From Patescibacteria group bacterium (GTDB lineage: Bacteria > Patescibacteriota > Patescibacteriia > UBA10025 > JAHIVO01): a DNA stretch of 60,824 nt. Positions 51,145-60,805 of this stretch are shown piece after piece (the stretch's first letter is position 1; the number at the start of each line of letters is the position of its first letter). The stretch spans positions 1 to 60,824 of the forward strand of contig JAXDBW010000066.1 of NCBI GenBank assembly GCA_034678405.1, given 5' to 3'. The translations under genes were made by a program, and so were the position numbers. The notes under the pieces were generated by a model. That model searched no databases and was not told the origin of the DNA. It was given only the letters and a program-made list of their open reading frames with translations.

Positions 51145-51576
51145 TTAATTCTGATCCTCAAGACCCTCCTGATAGGCTCCTCCCGTATCCACGACGAGAG
51201 ACAGATCACTTAAACGTGATTCGGTGAGTCGCTGCTTTTTGGTGGGTTTGGGTGGTGGGGCTTTCTCTTTTTCTTCTTTGACCTTGCCCATCTCATAGTG
51301 TTTGTGCCAGACGGTCATTGATGGCCGGCGCAGCGTTTGCAGCATGTTCAGAAGAAAATGATGAAATGGGCGTCCATTGATTTTTGCGAAAGCGAAGATG
51401 CCCGTCACCGCAAAGATGAGAACCCCTTCAATTGCCGCTGCCCAAAAGGTGGCGAGTTTAAATACCAGAAAAATCGCACCCGCTCCTATCAAAAACGTAA
51501 TAAACTGTCGGACCGTCAGCGGCCCAATAATCTTACTCTCGACATCGAGAAATTGGGGAACGATAAACTGCTGCAT
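51145..51576 (-). CDS. PrgI family (VirB3-like) protein
   Basis: MQQFIVPQFLDVESKIIGPLTVRQF, two TMs, INGRPF. Confidence 0.85.
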   Translation of the reverse strand: MQQFIVPQFLDVESKIIGPLTVRQFITFLIGAGAIFLVFKLATFWAAAIEGVLIFAVTGIFAFAKINGRPFHHFLLNMLQTLRRPSMTVWHKHYEMGKVKEEKEKAPPPKPTKKQRLTESRLSDLSLVVDTGGAYQEGLEDQN

Positions 51577-51577
51577 A

Positions 51578-52906
51578 CTAAATCTGCATCGACATATTTA
51601 ATTCATTAATAGCGTAAAACTCTTCTGCCAGTAAAAATGCTTTTTGCTCTTCTGTGCGCTTGATAATAATATTCTCTACCGAGGAGTTGGTATCGAGACT
51701 AGCTCGTCCAATAGCAACATATAGTGAAAACACTGGAGACTCCTTCCAAGCACGGATGCCCTGGACCCGCATCTCCCATGATTCTTCCTCGAGCAGATCA
51801 ATTTTCTCTTTTACCTTTTCAGCTGATTCGGTCGGATTGGTACCCATCCGACGAAATTCTTTGAGATCAATCTGCCTGATCTCTTCAACTGGACCGATGA
51901 CCTGGCTCGGCTGCCGGATATCGACCACGTGTGGCTTGTCTGAGCGCAAGGGACGAATCCGAGGCATTTCTTCTGCTGGCTGACCATAGAGCTCGTGGGG
52001 CTCATCGCTCGGAATGGGACGAGGCTGTGGTGCCGTCGGTGGAGGAGTGGGCTGCGGTTTCGGTGGAGCAGGAGGGGGGGTGGCTGGGGCAGTAGATTTC
52101 TGCAGTTCCGCGAGCTGCGCCTGAACTTCAGCCTGCGCATCAGTTGCGGGAAGAGTTGGCTTCGGCTGGGCTGGCGACGGTGAGGCGGCTCCGCCAGGAC
52201 GTGGGACAAAAGCTGGCGGCGCGCTCGAATAGAGCGCCTCCCCTGACGAAGGCTTAGTTGGCTTCGGCTGGGCTGGCGGGGGCGTCGGGGATGGCTGTTT
52301 CCGTCCCTGTCCTTGCAGATCTGGAATTTCTGCCTCGAGCCTCTGGATAACTTGATCGGCCTGCTCTTGTGACAGATGTAACCCGCCGATTTTTTCGGGA
52401 CGAGTGAGGACATCTGCTGTCTCTATTGAATTGCGAAGGTTTCGTAGTCGGGACTCCAACACTTTTTCAAAACGTTTTTGGAGTACATCATTGGCAAATG
52501 TCAGATGCTGAGAATTAATAATCCCTGACACAATCGACTCAACTCGCGAGGACACATCTGGTTTCGGTTGACTCACCATCCGCTGCAATGCCTCCTGATG
52601 CTGCTTAATCTCAGCTGCATCTTCTTCATCATCGAACTGCACCGGCGCGGGGCTCTGCTGACTGACAGGAGGCTGGGGGGCGGGTGGTGTAGGGGGCGCG
52701 GGTGGTGGTGACGCTGGCGACACTGGTTTTGGCACTGGTGGCCGGGTCTGGGGAGTGGATGACGCAGCGGGTGCCTGAGGTTTTTCTTGAGGAGCTGACT
52801 CGTCCAAATCTAACGACGAATCATCAGTCACTTTGGTAAAGCGACCTGAGGTGTCCTTCACGAGGAATCCGTGCTGCCAGTCGTTTTGGTTTTGGTCGTT
52901 TGGCAT
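51578..52906 (-). CDS. Pro-rich hypothetical protein, first gene of the T4SS-like operon
   Basis: Pro-rich linkers between helical domains; C-terminal GPVEEI...AWKESP.F..Y; start set at MPNDQ. Confidence 0.75.
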   Translation of the reverse strand: MPNDQNQNDWQHGFLVKDTSGRFTKVTDDSSLDLDESAPQEKPQAPAASSTPQTRPPVPKPVSPASPPPAPPTPPAPQPPVSQQSPAPVQFDDEEDAAEIKQHQEALQRMVSQPKPDVSSRVESIVSGIINSQHLTFANDVLQKRFEKVLESRLRNLRNSIETADVLTRPEKIGGLHLSQEQADQVIQRLEAEIPDLQGQGRKQPSPTPPPAQPKPTKPSSGEALYSSAPPAFVPRPGGAASPSPAQPKPTLPATDAQAEVQAQLAELQKSTAPATPPPAPPKPQPTPPPTAPQPRPIPSDEPHELYGQPAEEMPRIRPLRSDKPHVVDIRQPSQVIGPVEEIRQIDLKEFRRMGTNPTESAEKVKEKIDLLEEESWEMRVQGIRAWKESPVFSLYVAIGRASLDTNSSVENIIIKRTEEQKAFLLAEEFYAINELNMSMQI

Positions 52907-53066
52907 GGGCCAGATGAGGTGGAGCATCACTGGATGATGCATCCGTAGTGTATTTTATTATTTTTTTATGCCCATTTGCGATCACCTGAAGTCCTATTAC
53001 CCGCGGTGCGTCAAGATATCAAAATTAGTGTAATTTCCTGAAAAAAAACTTCAGGAAAGTGGATTC

Positions 53067-53095
53067 ATTATAGCATAATTTCCTCATAAAATCAA
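53067..53095 (-). promoter_or_regulatory. Sigma70-type promoter of the T4SS-like operon
   Basis: TTGATT-17 nt-TATAAT with TGn. Confidence 0.65.
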
Positions 53096-53168
53096 ACCAT
53101 ACAATACCACCGCACTACCCAACCATATAATTGCTTATTTACGAAAAAAATGGCATGCTAAACATACT

Positions 53169-55313
53169 ATGGCTGACATTGAAATAGAAAAACAGCGGCT
53201 CCAAAATAGAAAAAACTCTGGCCAGTCCCCGGACCAACCGGGCGGACTTTCTAGTGGTGGGGGTTCTGCGAACCCTCCAACCAGCCCCCACACATCCGCC
53301 AATGAAGATGATGATATTGAACAACTTCTCGAACGAGAACTAGCAAACATGAACAGCGGCTCACACTCGGATACTGGTGGCATGGAAGAGGTGCGGCCTT
53401 CTTCATCATTGGGTACCCACACAACGGGGGACGCGACCGCAGAAAACGCAAACCTGCAGCAAGCTGCAGAGCTCATCAATGAAGGATTCAAGGACTTTAC
53501 CGACCAATATGCCCGAGCAAGCCAGGAAATGGGCCGTGCCATGGGCGAAACTATTGGCGACAAAATCGGCTCACTCTCGAACTCTCTAAACAAGATATTT
53601 ACCTCCGCGGCCGCAACCATAGATCAGCTCCGGCAGCAGGGACGTGAGACAGAGGCTCGGGACGCCGCGCTCACAGCTATCGACCGGGGTCGGGAGCAAA
53701 CGAACAATACCCTCGGCGCATCGACACAGAAATGGTTTCAGCACTACGATCGCATCCTCTCTCAAACAAACCGACAGCCGAGCGCCAACAAAAAAGAAGC
53801 AATCAAGAAAGTAGCTATCGAGGCAGTTGACTTTATACCATTTGTCGGTTCGGCAAAGATGCTGACAGAGGCGGCGAGAGGAAAGACATTCCAGGGCACA
53901 CAACTAACGAATAAGCAACGTGCAATTCATGCACTCGAAGGGGGTGTCTACCTCCTGCTTGACTCGGCGACTCTCGGGACGGGTGGCGCAGCTGCCAAGG
54001 GCGGGCTACGGGCATCTAAACTACTAACTCGGAATGCCGCATTGGCCCGGAAGATAGGACTCAGTCGCCGCCTCTACAAACCTGTCTACAAAGCCGGTCG
54101 GGCCATAGCTAAAAATGAACGAATAGAAGGAGCACTTACCAGAGGCTTGCGAAAAATTGAGTCTAAACGAAAACGCTTCAACATTGACATTGAGAACACA
54201 GAAAAAATAATATCGGAGCGAGATTCTTCGCTCGACCAAACGCTGACAGCTGGCGCTACTCCCTCATCACAAACAACACGCTCTATCCCCGTCGAGCGCC
54301 TGGATCCAGCGGCACCGACTGTTACAACATCAAAGACGCAGCCAGCAACTCAAACCCCAACGGCGACTCAACCAGACAGTCTACCGCAACAGGAACCGGC
54401 ACAGATCAATCAATTGGATCAAGCGCCAAATAGTGGAATGGTGCCCACTCCAATCAATGCTACCCCCACCCAACCGAAACTGTCTCAAGCAGAGCAAGAA
54501 CAGCAGTGGCAAAGTGAGCTACAGCGAGCCCAGCGCGGCCCTCAGTCGAATCGAACTGGACTGGGAAAGACTGCTTTAGGACGACCAGTAACAATACCGA
54601 GCGGCGTTGGCCGCTCACGCACCCAGTCCGCGACCGATGACGATGATGCCGGTCCTACTGAGGAGCAGGAACAAGAATGGGGAAACCAGCTCCGGACTGA
54701 CCGGCTCAATCAGCTCCGGGGTCCCATGCGAGAACAACGGCTCAAAGAAATTATAAAAATGCACACGGGTGACCTTTCCGCGGCCAATCTAGATCCTGAC
54801 ACTAAGAAATTGGCAAAAATCCTAGAGACGGAATCGGGTACCGATGAGCGCCGACAGGCCATCCGTGAAGCACTCAAGGTAAGCAAATTATACAAAAGTT
54901 CATTCTTGACTAGTACCGGCGGATTTGGCTACGCTCTGGCCCTCGGGGTTGCGCTGGCCAAAGATTTGGGCGACGGATTTCTGGACTTCATCGACGCCGG
55001 CACAGTCACGACATGGATCACGACTACAGTTATTTCGGTTATCATGTGGATTATCATTCACAAAGGCTGGCTGCAAAAACTCTTGTACCGCTTCCGCTTC
55101 ATCGCCCGCGCCAAATATGCAATCAAGAAGGCTATTGCTCGGCGGATCTGGATGTGGCTGACCATGCCGATCATCGAGCTACTCCCCTTCCTCAATGTGT
55201 TTCCGTCAATGACTTTTACGGTATGGTTCTTCAAACGAGGCGTAGACCGGGCGCTCGCAGACGCAGAACGAGAAATTGACGAACTGGAGAAACAAATACG
55301 AAATTCTCTCTGA
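53169..55313 (+). CDS. Protein with a pre-toxin-TG-like domain, disordered linker and C-terminal membrane domain
   Basis: DFIPFVGSAKMLTEAARGKTFQGTQLTNKQR; Gln/Pro/Thr linker; hydrophobic C-terminus with ELLPFLNVFP. Confidence 0.75.
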   Translation: MADIEIEKQRLQNRKNSGQSPDQPGGLSSGGGSANPPTSPHTSANEDDDIEQLLERELANMNSGSHSDTGGMEEVRPSSSLGTHTTGDATAENANLQQAAELINEGFKDFTDQYARASQEMGRAMGETIGDKIGSLSNSLNKIFTSAAATIDQLRQQGRETEARDAALTAIDRGREQTNNTLGASTQKWFQHYDRILSQTNRQPSANKKEAIKKVAIEAVDFIPFVGSAKMLTEAARGKTFQGTQLTNKQRAIHALEGGVYLLLDSATLGTGGAAAKGGLRASKLLTRNAALARKIGLSRRLYKPVYKAGRAIAKNERIEGALTRGLRKIESKRKRFNIDIENTEKIISERDSSLDQTLTAGATPSSQTTRSIPVERLDPAAPTVTTSKTQPATQTPTATQPDSLPQQEPAQINQLDQAPNSGMVPTPINATPTQPKLSQAEQEQQWQSELQRAQRGPQSNRTGLGKTALGRPVTIPSGVGRSRTQSATDDDDAGPTEEQEQEWGNQLRTDRLNQLRGPMREQRLKEIIKMHTGDLSAANLDPDTKKLAKILETESGTDERRQAIREALKVSKLYKSSFLTSTGGFGYALALGVALAKDLGDGFLDFIDAGTVTTWITTTVISVIMWIIIHKGWLQKLLYRFRFIARAKYAIKKAIARRIWMWLTMPIIELLPFLNVFPSMTFTVWFFKRGVDRALADAEREIDELEKQIRNSL

Positions 55314-55320
55314 TATAGCA

Positions 55321-55349
55321 TTGACATGATTGATGGTATATAATATAAT
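55321..55349 (+). promoter_or_regulatory. Consensus sigma70 promoter
   Basis: TTGACA-17 nt-TATAAT, exact consensus. Confidence 0.85.
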
Positions 55350-55399
55350 AGTCCGTTATCCTATAATAATATTACTCAATAAATAATCACCCGAGTCTT

Positions 55400-56461
55400 A
55401 TGAATAAGTTTGAATTCCCGCCACAGGAGGGATCCCACAAAAAAGAAACTGAATTAGATAAGATCCCTCGATCTGACGAGGAAGTAGAGGAGGCTCTCGA
55501 GCTGGAGTCTGAGGAGACTCAACCAATCGAAGAGATACGAGACATGCAGTCTGGGCCAGAAGATACTGAAGCAGTGAAGTCGGCCGAAATGCCTGAGTCC
55601 GTCGAACCCGCGGAAACAGAAGCGGCAGAGGCGGCTTTTGAGCAAGAGTTTTCTCCAGAAGAGCAGCAAGAAATGATAGATGAAATTGACGCGGGAACCG
55701 AAGCGTACGCCAAAGCCGAGCAAGAACGCGCCGAGCAAGCTGCAGAGGCAGAGGAAAAGGCCAGTCCACTAGAAATGGCTAAGCGCTTTTTCGCTGAGCA
55801 TCGTGAAGAATTTGACAAAATCGCCGAGGAGCTCAATGAACTCATCAATAAAAATCTTATCCCCGAAGCTCAAGAACTAGCAAGCAAATTCCTCTCGGAT
55901 GTCAGACAGAAAAGTGAAAAATACTTCGGCGACAAAGCTGACGAATGGTTCCAAGAATATGATGACCTGATGGCCAAGGCTGGCCAAGAAAAAAGCCAAA
56001 ACCGCAAACGACGCCTTATCAGTTTGGCTATTGAGGGGGTTGATTTCATCCCGGTCATCGGCCCGGTTAAGATGATTGCTGAAAGCACAAAAGGGTCTAC
56101 CTTCAACGGCAAAGAGCTGAAAAGCTGGAGTCGGGCGCTGCACGCGACGAGTGGCGTAGCTTTCCTCGCGCTTGACCTGACCGGTCTCGGCGCACTCGGC
56201 AAGAGCGTCAAAGCCGGAAAATTGATGACGCGTACCGCGGCACTGATGCGCAAAGTCGGACTCCCCCGCCAGATGTACAAACCAGCCTACAAAATAGGTC
56301 GATTTGTCTTGAATAATCCGACGGCCGCCCGAGCCGCTGACAAAGCGCTACGCTTCCAGATCGGAGCGCGCTCGAAACGCGCAAGAAAATGGAAGGACCA
56401 GGTATCTGATGAAGTTGAGGATATCTTCGTCAATGAAACTCAATCGCGTACCGCAGCGTAA
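55400..56461 (+). CDS. Acidic helical protein with a pre-toxin-TG-like domain
   Basis: Glu-rich N-terminus; DFIPVIGPVKMIAESTKGSTFNGKELKSWSR; paralogous to the upstream gene. Confidence 0.78.
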   Translation: MNKFEFPPQEGSHKKETELDKIPRSDEEVEEALELESEETQPIEEIRDMQSGPEDTEAVKSAEMPESVEPAETEAAEAAFEQEFSPEEQQEMIDEIDAGTEAYAKAEQERAEQAAEAEEKASPLEMAKRFFAEHREEFDKIAEELNELINKNLIPEAQELASKFLSDVRQKSEKYFGDKADEWFQEYDDLMAKAGQEKSQNRKRRLISLAIEGVDFIPVIGPVKMIAESTKGSTFNGKELKSWSRALHATSGVAFLALDLTGLGALGKSVKAGKLMTRTAALMRKVGLPRQMYKPAYKIGRFVLNNPTAARAADKALRFQIGARSKRARKWKDQVSDEVEDIFVNETQSRTAA

Positions 56462-56501
56462 ACTGAGCGCCGCCCGCTGATTTAATCAATAACATACTTA
56501 T

Positions 56502-57224
56502 ATGTTCATATTATTTGGGGCAGCCTTATTCATCGGCGTATCGCTGTTGTACTATTTTGTCGACTTCGGCGTCGTGACATTTTCTGAGATTTTTCTGACC
56601 ATCTCTAGTTTTCTTTTCGCGATTTTTACCGGATTTTTCATTTCCCGACAGGGAAACCGCTACAGCGAAATTCGAGATGTCATCACTCATTTTGATGGCG
56701 CCCTATCATCGATCTATCGACACAGCGGACATTTCGGCGAAAAAACCCAGCACGCCATCGGCGCTATCGTCAAAGATCATTACGAAAAAATACTCTCCCA
56801 CCATGCTTGGGACTACCATTTCGTACATCCATCAACAACTATCACTTCCATTCACCGAACGCTGACTGAATACTGCGGGGATCAGAAACTTCCTTCCCAG
56901 CAGAACGAATCCCTCGCCTCCATCATGACCAGCCTCGAGTCACTCCAAATCAGCCGAAAACGTATGGTTGCGCTCCAGGCCGAACGTATCCCTCGGCCAC
57001 AATGGGGATTGGTCTATTTCCTAGGCATTCTCCTTTTTATCACCGTGACCATCATACCCTCAGCCGGCGTATTACTCAATACCATACTAAAGGCGTCATT
57101 TAGTACATCCGTCATCCTGGTCATTTGGCTATTACATGAATTTGACCGGCTACGGTTCTTCGAGGGAACTATGGGGGAGCATTCTGCGAGTGACGTGCTC
57201 GGGATTATTACAGGAAATAAATAG
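56502..57224 (+). CDS. DUF4239/bestrophin-like membrane protein
   Basis: 2 TM + helical soluble region + 2 TM layout; RxxRxxxxxERIP..W motif. Confidence 0.6.
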   Translation: MFILFGAALFIGVSLLYYFVDFGVVTFSEIFLTISSFLFAIFTGFFISRQGNRYSEIRDVITHFDGALSSIYRHSGHFGEKTQHAIGAIVKDHYEKILSHHAWDYHFVHPSTTITSIHRTLTEYCGDQKLPSQQNESLASIMTSLESLQISRKRMVALQAERIPRPQWGLVYFLGILLFITVTIIPSAGVLLNTILKASFSTSVILVIWLLHEFDRLRFFEGTMGEHSASDVLGIITGNK

Positions 57225-57421
57225 TCTGAAACAAAATTGGCCGAAACCCGTTATGGGACATCTGCCTTAATTTTTGCCTTATCGAATGCCCGCCGACCTA
57301 GTGTACTAGGGTATCGCGAAAACCAGAAAAACAACCGCGTTGTGGCAGCATCCATAGAAAAGCTGGCAAACCAAATAAAATCACATCGATTCCCAAAAAG
57401 CGGCATAACCACGTAGCCTGG

Positions 57422-58390
57422 TTAGAGCCGAGCAACGATACGCGCGATATTACCATACATAATATCGCGGATTTCGTCGTCAGTGAAATGTCCTTCTTCC
57501 GAAAGTTTTTCGGCAATAACAGACATTTTGCCGACGTTGTCTAACTGAGTAAATAGCTGATCAGCATCCACGCCACCGAAATCGCTGCCAACAGCTACAT
57601 GCTTGGCAGAGCCGGCACTATCACTTGCCTGTTTGAATGTTTCGATAAACTTTTCCAGTGATGGAAAAAATGCCTGGTTTGGGGTAAACCCCACTACTCC
57701 ACCCCGATCGGCAATGGCGCGCAACAGCTTCTCATCGATCATACGCTCGGATGATCCAAGGGCGGTATGCGTCGCGGCAATTTTTTCATAATTACGCACC
57801 CGTTCCAAAATATCCTGGGCTGTCTTACGATTGGCGTGGGCAATATCAATAATCATGCCTTTTTCCATCAAGCTGTCGATAATTCGTTTCCCGAGGTCAG
57901 TGAGTCCGCGCCTCTTGTCTCCACGAGCGCCACCTCCGAGCTGATTATCGTGATTATAGAGTGGTCCGACCGACCTGACACCTCGTTCATACAGCTCACT
58001 CACGACTGCCGGATCACTAATAATATCGCCACCTTCTTTGTGTAGGACGACCGAATGGGCATCTGGGGTTCGCTCAATGTGCAGATCCTCTGGTCGCGTG
58101 ATAATCCGAAAATCTTCACTGGCATTGTAAAAATCAAGTAGCGCCGACTCGTCTGCCCGTAGTTGTTCGAGGCCGGATGTATCACCACTCGTGGCGGCCT
58201 GCTGTTCAGTTTCGGTAAGTCGTCGGTACACTGACGAAAAAATAAGATCCAGCTTGGCCAGGCCCTCTCGGGGTAACTGTTTGTTCCGTTCCCGCGCATG
58301 GTCCAATTCTGGATTTTCTAAAATTTCTGCAAGTTGAGGATTCAGGGTATCCTGATGGAAATCAGCAATGGGCATTCGTTCTCGATTCAT
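57422..58390 (-). CDS. Membrane dipeptidase family (peptidase M19)
   Basis: DFHQD, EGG, GLTDLGK, DIAH, THT, GGVVG, GSDFGG, GNIAR. Confidence 0.85.
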   Translation of the reverse strand: MNRERMPIADFHQDTLNPQLAEILENPELDHARERNKQLPREGLAKLDLIFSSVYRRLTETEQQAATSGDTSGLEQLRADESALLDFYNASEDFRIITRPEDLHIERTPDAHSVVLHKEGGDIISDPAVVSELYERGVRSVGPLYNHDNQLGGGARGDKRRGLTDLGKRIIDSLMEKGMIIDIAHANRKTAQDILERVRNYEKIAATHTALGSSERMIDEKLLRAIADRGGVVGFTPNQAFFPSLEKFIETFKQASDSAGSAKHVAVGSDFGGVDADQLFTQLDNVGKMSVIAEKLSEEGHFTDDEIRDIMYGNIARIVARL

Positions 58391-58394
58391 GGGA

Positions 58395-59339
58395 TTATGA
58401 CCGTAACGATAATTGATAAAATTTCAAAAAGAGATCATTGAGTGACTCTCCTCGATACTCTGCACTAAGGGTAGTGGCACTGCGAGCACGGAAACCAGGA
58501 TGCACATCAACCTCCAATAAGTACAACCGGCCACCGCGTATCAGTATATCAGCTCGCGAAAATGTCCGGCAACCCAGAGCCCGGTGCGCCGCGACTGACA
58601 GCTTCTTGACCCGAGCTCGAACTGCGGGTGAGAGCCGAGCGGGGGCGCTGACCGTACATGACATCAAATCCTTATGTTTAGCTGATAGCAGCGCCTCGGT
58701 CACTGGTCGCTCCATACCGACTGGCTCATACGCAGTCGGTCGGGCATTGCCAACGACCATGCACGTCACTTCTGCATCGGCTCTGATATACTCCTCGACT
58801 AGCACATCGTGACCACTCCGCTGGATCCGCTCGATGGTCTGCTGGCATTCACGTGGTGTACGAACTAAATAGAGACCACGGCTATCGGTGCCGTGCACGT
58901 CCTTGATCACACACGGATAACCAATCTGCCGTTGCATGCGACTAAGTATCCCAGGAGAGACCCGCGTGGCATGTCGAATACATATATCATCAGCTACTGA
59001 CAATCCCGCCCGACGAAACGCTCTTTTTGACAGATATTTAGAGGTGCCGAGATGAACGGCACGTGCGTCAGAACCGAGATATGGGATATGGTAGCGCTCG
59101 AGGAATTGTTCGACATCATTCTGATGATCTCGACCGTATGCATTTTTTAACACAACGGCAAATGCCCCTCGATCAAAATTAGTACGGAGGCGCATGCGCC
59201 CTGATGAAGTCCACGAACACACCGATACAGAAAAGCTGGATAACAGCCGACGAAGATCACGAACCTGCTCAGCATTTACTGCTCGCTGATTGCGGGCACC
59301 GGTATCTATGATCGCCAAGCCTATCAGTTGACTACTCAT
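58395..59339 (-). CDS. ATP-grasp ligase, divergent D-Ala-D-Ala ligase-like
   Basis: IPYLGS, SKYLSK, GYPCVIK, VLVEEYI, SRADI, LLEVDVHPG. Confidence 0.8.
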   Translation of the reverse strand: MSSQLIGLAIIDTGARNQRAVNAEQVRDLRRLLSSFSVSVCSWTSSGRMRLRTNFDRGAFAVVLKNAYGRDHQNDVEQFLERYHIPYLGSDARAVHLGTSKYLSKRAFRRAGLSVADDICIRHATRVSPGILSRMQRQIGYPCVIKDVHGTDSRGLYLVRTPRECQQTIERIQRSGHDVLVEEYIRADAEVTCMVVGNARPTAYEPVGMERPVTEALLSAKHKDLMSCTVSAPARLSPAVRARVKKLSVAAHRALGCRTFSRADILIRGGRLYLLEVDVHPGFRARSATTLSAEYRGESLNDLFLKFYQLSLRS

Positions 59340-60805
59340 ATCCAGTCAAAGGCTAAATGAGATAAGTCATCGAAGTTTATGGCTGGCTGGATCCGCTCGG
59401 CTACCGGGATGTATTTCTGGGAATAGTAATCGTACATATCAGCCACCCCAACTGAGAGAATCTCGCCGAATTTCATATCCAAAATCTTTTTGAGGTATTC
59501 CTCTGACATGCCCCCTTCATAAAAAATATCATAGGCATAGAGGGTGCGGAGATCATTATTTACTTTTTGGAAAAATAAGGCCAATCCGGCGGTAAATCCG
59601 TTTGTTTCCACCTCAGTGACTAGTCGCGCCTCCTCATCCATGCCAAACTGCGACAATGTCTTCAGCCAGGCCTGCTTCATCAGGTGCAGATACATGACCG
59701 ACCCATAGCCAACTAGTGGCTTCACCCCGGCATAAAAATGTAATACTCCAAAAATCATAAACAGGCTGGGATATATTTCTCGTGCTCGCAGTAAGCGAAT
59801 AATTTCGTCTTTTTCGAGAGAGATCGTCAAATCAGTAAATCGCTGGTCAGCCGGCCGCAGCGTATCGCCATCGACATACATCCGCAGAGACTGACTGCGT
59901 CCAGGGTATTTCCGCCAGAAGAAGTGTGTGCCCCGCTGATCCGACTCCTGCCACGTAACGACATTGCCGCGGAAATTATCCAGGACTGCCTCACGAAAAT
60001 CCGGATCAAACAGACACCGACTGATCATCGTATCTTCTTCAAGCAAGGTAATCAAACACTGGGTTGTAATCTCCTCTTGGGTCACATACAATAATTCCGG
60101 CAGGGTCTCCCGAAGTTTCGTCTCGAAGAGACGCGGCCATGTATTCTTCACTATTACCGTAATCTGATCACAGTAATCTCGGCACTGGCTATAGTCAAAT
60201 GACCGCATCCGCTCTTCCTCAGCGGTGAGAAACGCCTGCTCCTCGGCCGAAAAATCGTTCCAGCGATCTGATGTCTGGAGCCGCTCGGTCATATTGAAAT
60301 CACGCCGAGGTATGTAGTATGACGATTTTTCCCGTTCCGCATTGCTAAAGAGCGGCACCCGCTTACCGTGCAGCATAAACCCGTTTTTACTGAAATAGTT
60401 ATTTGGCGGGACGTCCCCGCTAGATAAAACAATTATTGCATCTTGTTTCTGTGGCTGGAGTAGCCTCCGAGTGTTCCCAATGATATTAGCCGAGGCGAGA
60501 AACGGATGATTGATAACTTGATGATGGTCAGCAATATTACATGCGAGTTTACCATCGAGATTCACCTGAAATTTCGTCGCGTAGTCAGCACCGAATAGTG
60601 TAGATAGCTTCGCGCGAATGTTATCCTTTACTAATTCCTGGCGCTGCTGATGGATAGGGTCGATCTGGAATTTATACAAGAACCCATGATAGTCCCTGAG
60701 CTTCATGTCCAGCTCAAAAAACTGCTCAATGACTGGGCAGTACTTAGTGATTTGCTCGATAAGGAAATCACGCTGTTTGATAATTTCTGCACGGTTTTTT
60801 GACAT
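59336..60805 (-). CDS. Hypothetical protein (489 aa), translationally coupled to the ATP-grasp gene
   Basis: Long ORF with DHHQVINHPF and GTHFFW motifs; ATGA overlap. Confidence 0.78.
   Translation of the reverse strand: MSKNRAEIIKQRDFLIEQITKYCPVIEQFFELDMKLRDYHGFLYKFQIDPIHQQRQELVKDNIRAKLSTLFGADYATKFQVNLDGKLACNIADHHQVINHPFLASANIIGNTRRLLQPQKQDAIIVLSSGDVPPNNYFSKNGFMLHGKRVPLFSNAEREKSSYYIPRRDFNMTERLQTSDRWNDFSAEEQAFLTAEEERMRSFDYSQCRDYCDQITVIVKNTWPRLFETKLRETLPELLYVTQEEITTQCLITLLEEDTMISRCLFDPDFREAVLDNFRGNVVTWQESDQRGTHFFWRKYPGRSQSLRMYVDGDTLRPADQRFTDLTISLEKDEIIRLLRAREIYPSLFMIFGVLHFYAGVKPLVGYGSVMYLHLMKQAWLKTLSQFGMDEEARLVTEVETNGFTAGLALFFQKVNNDLRTLYAYDIFYEGGMSEEYLKKILDMKFGEILSVGVADMYDYYSQKYIPVAERIQPAINFDDLSHLAFDWI

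Noticed and set aside
58395-59339. Gene symbol ddl or a van resistance cluster
   Set aside because: D-Ala-binding motifs are altered, and the peptidase is M19 rather than VanX/VanY.
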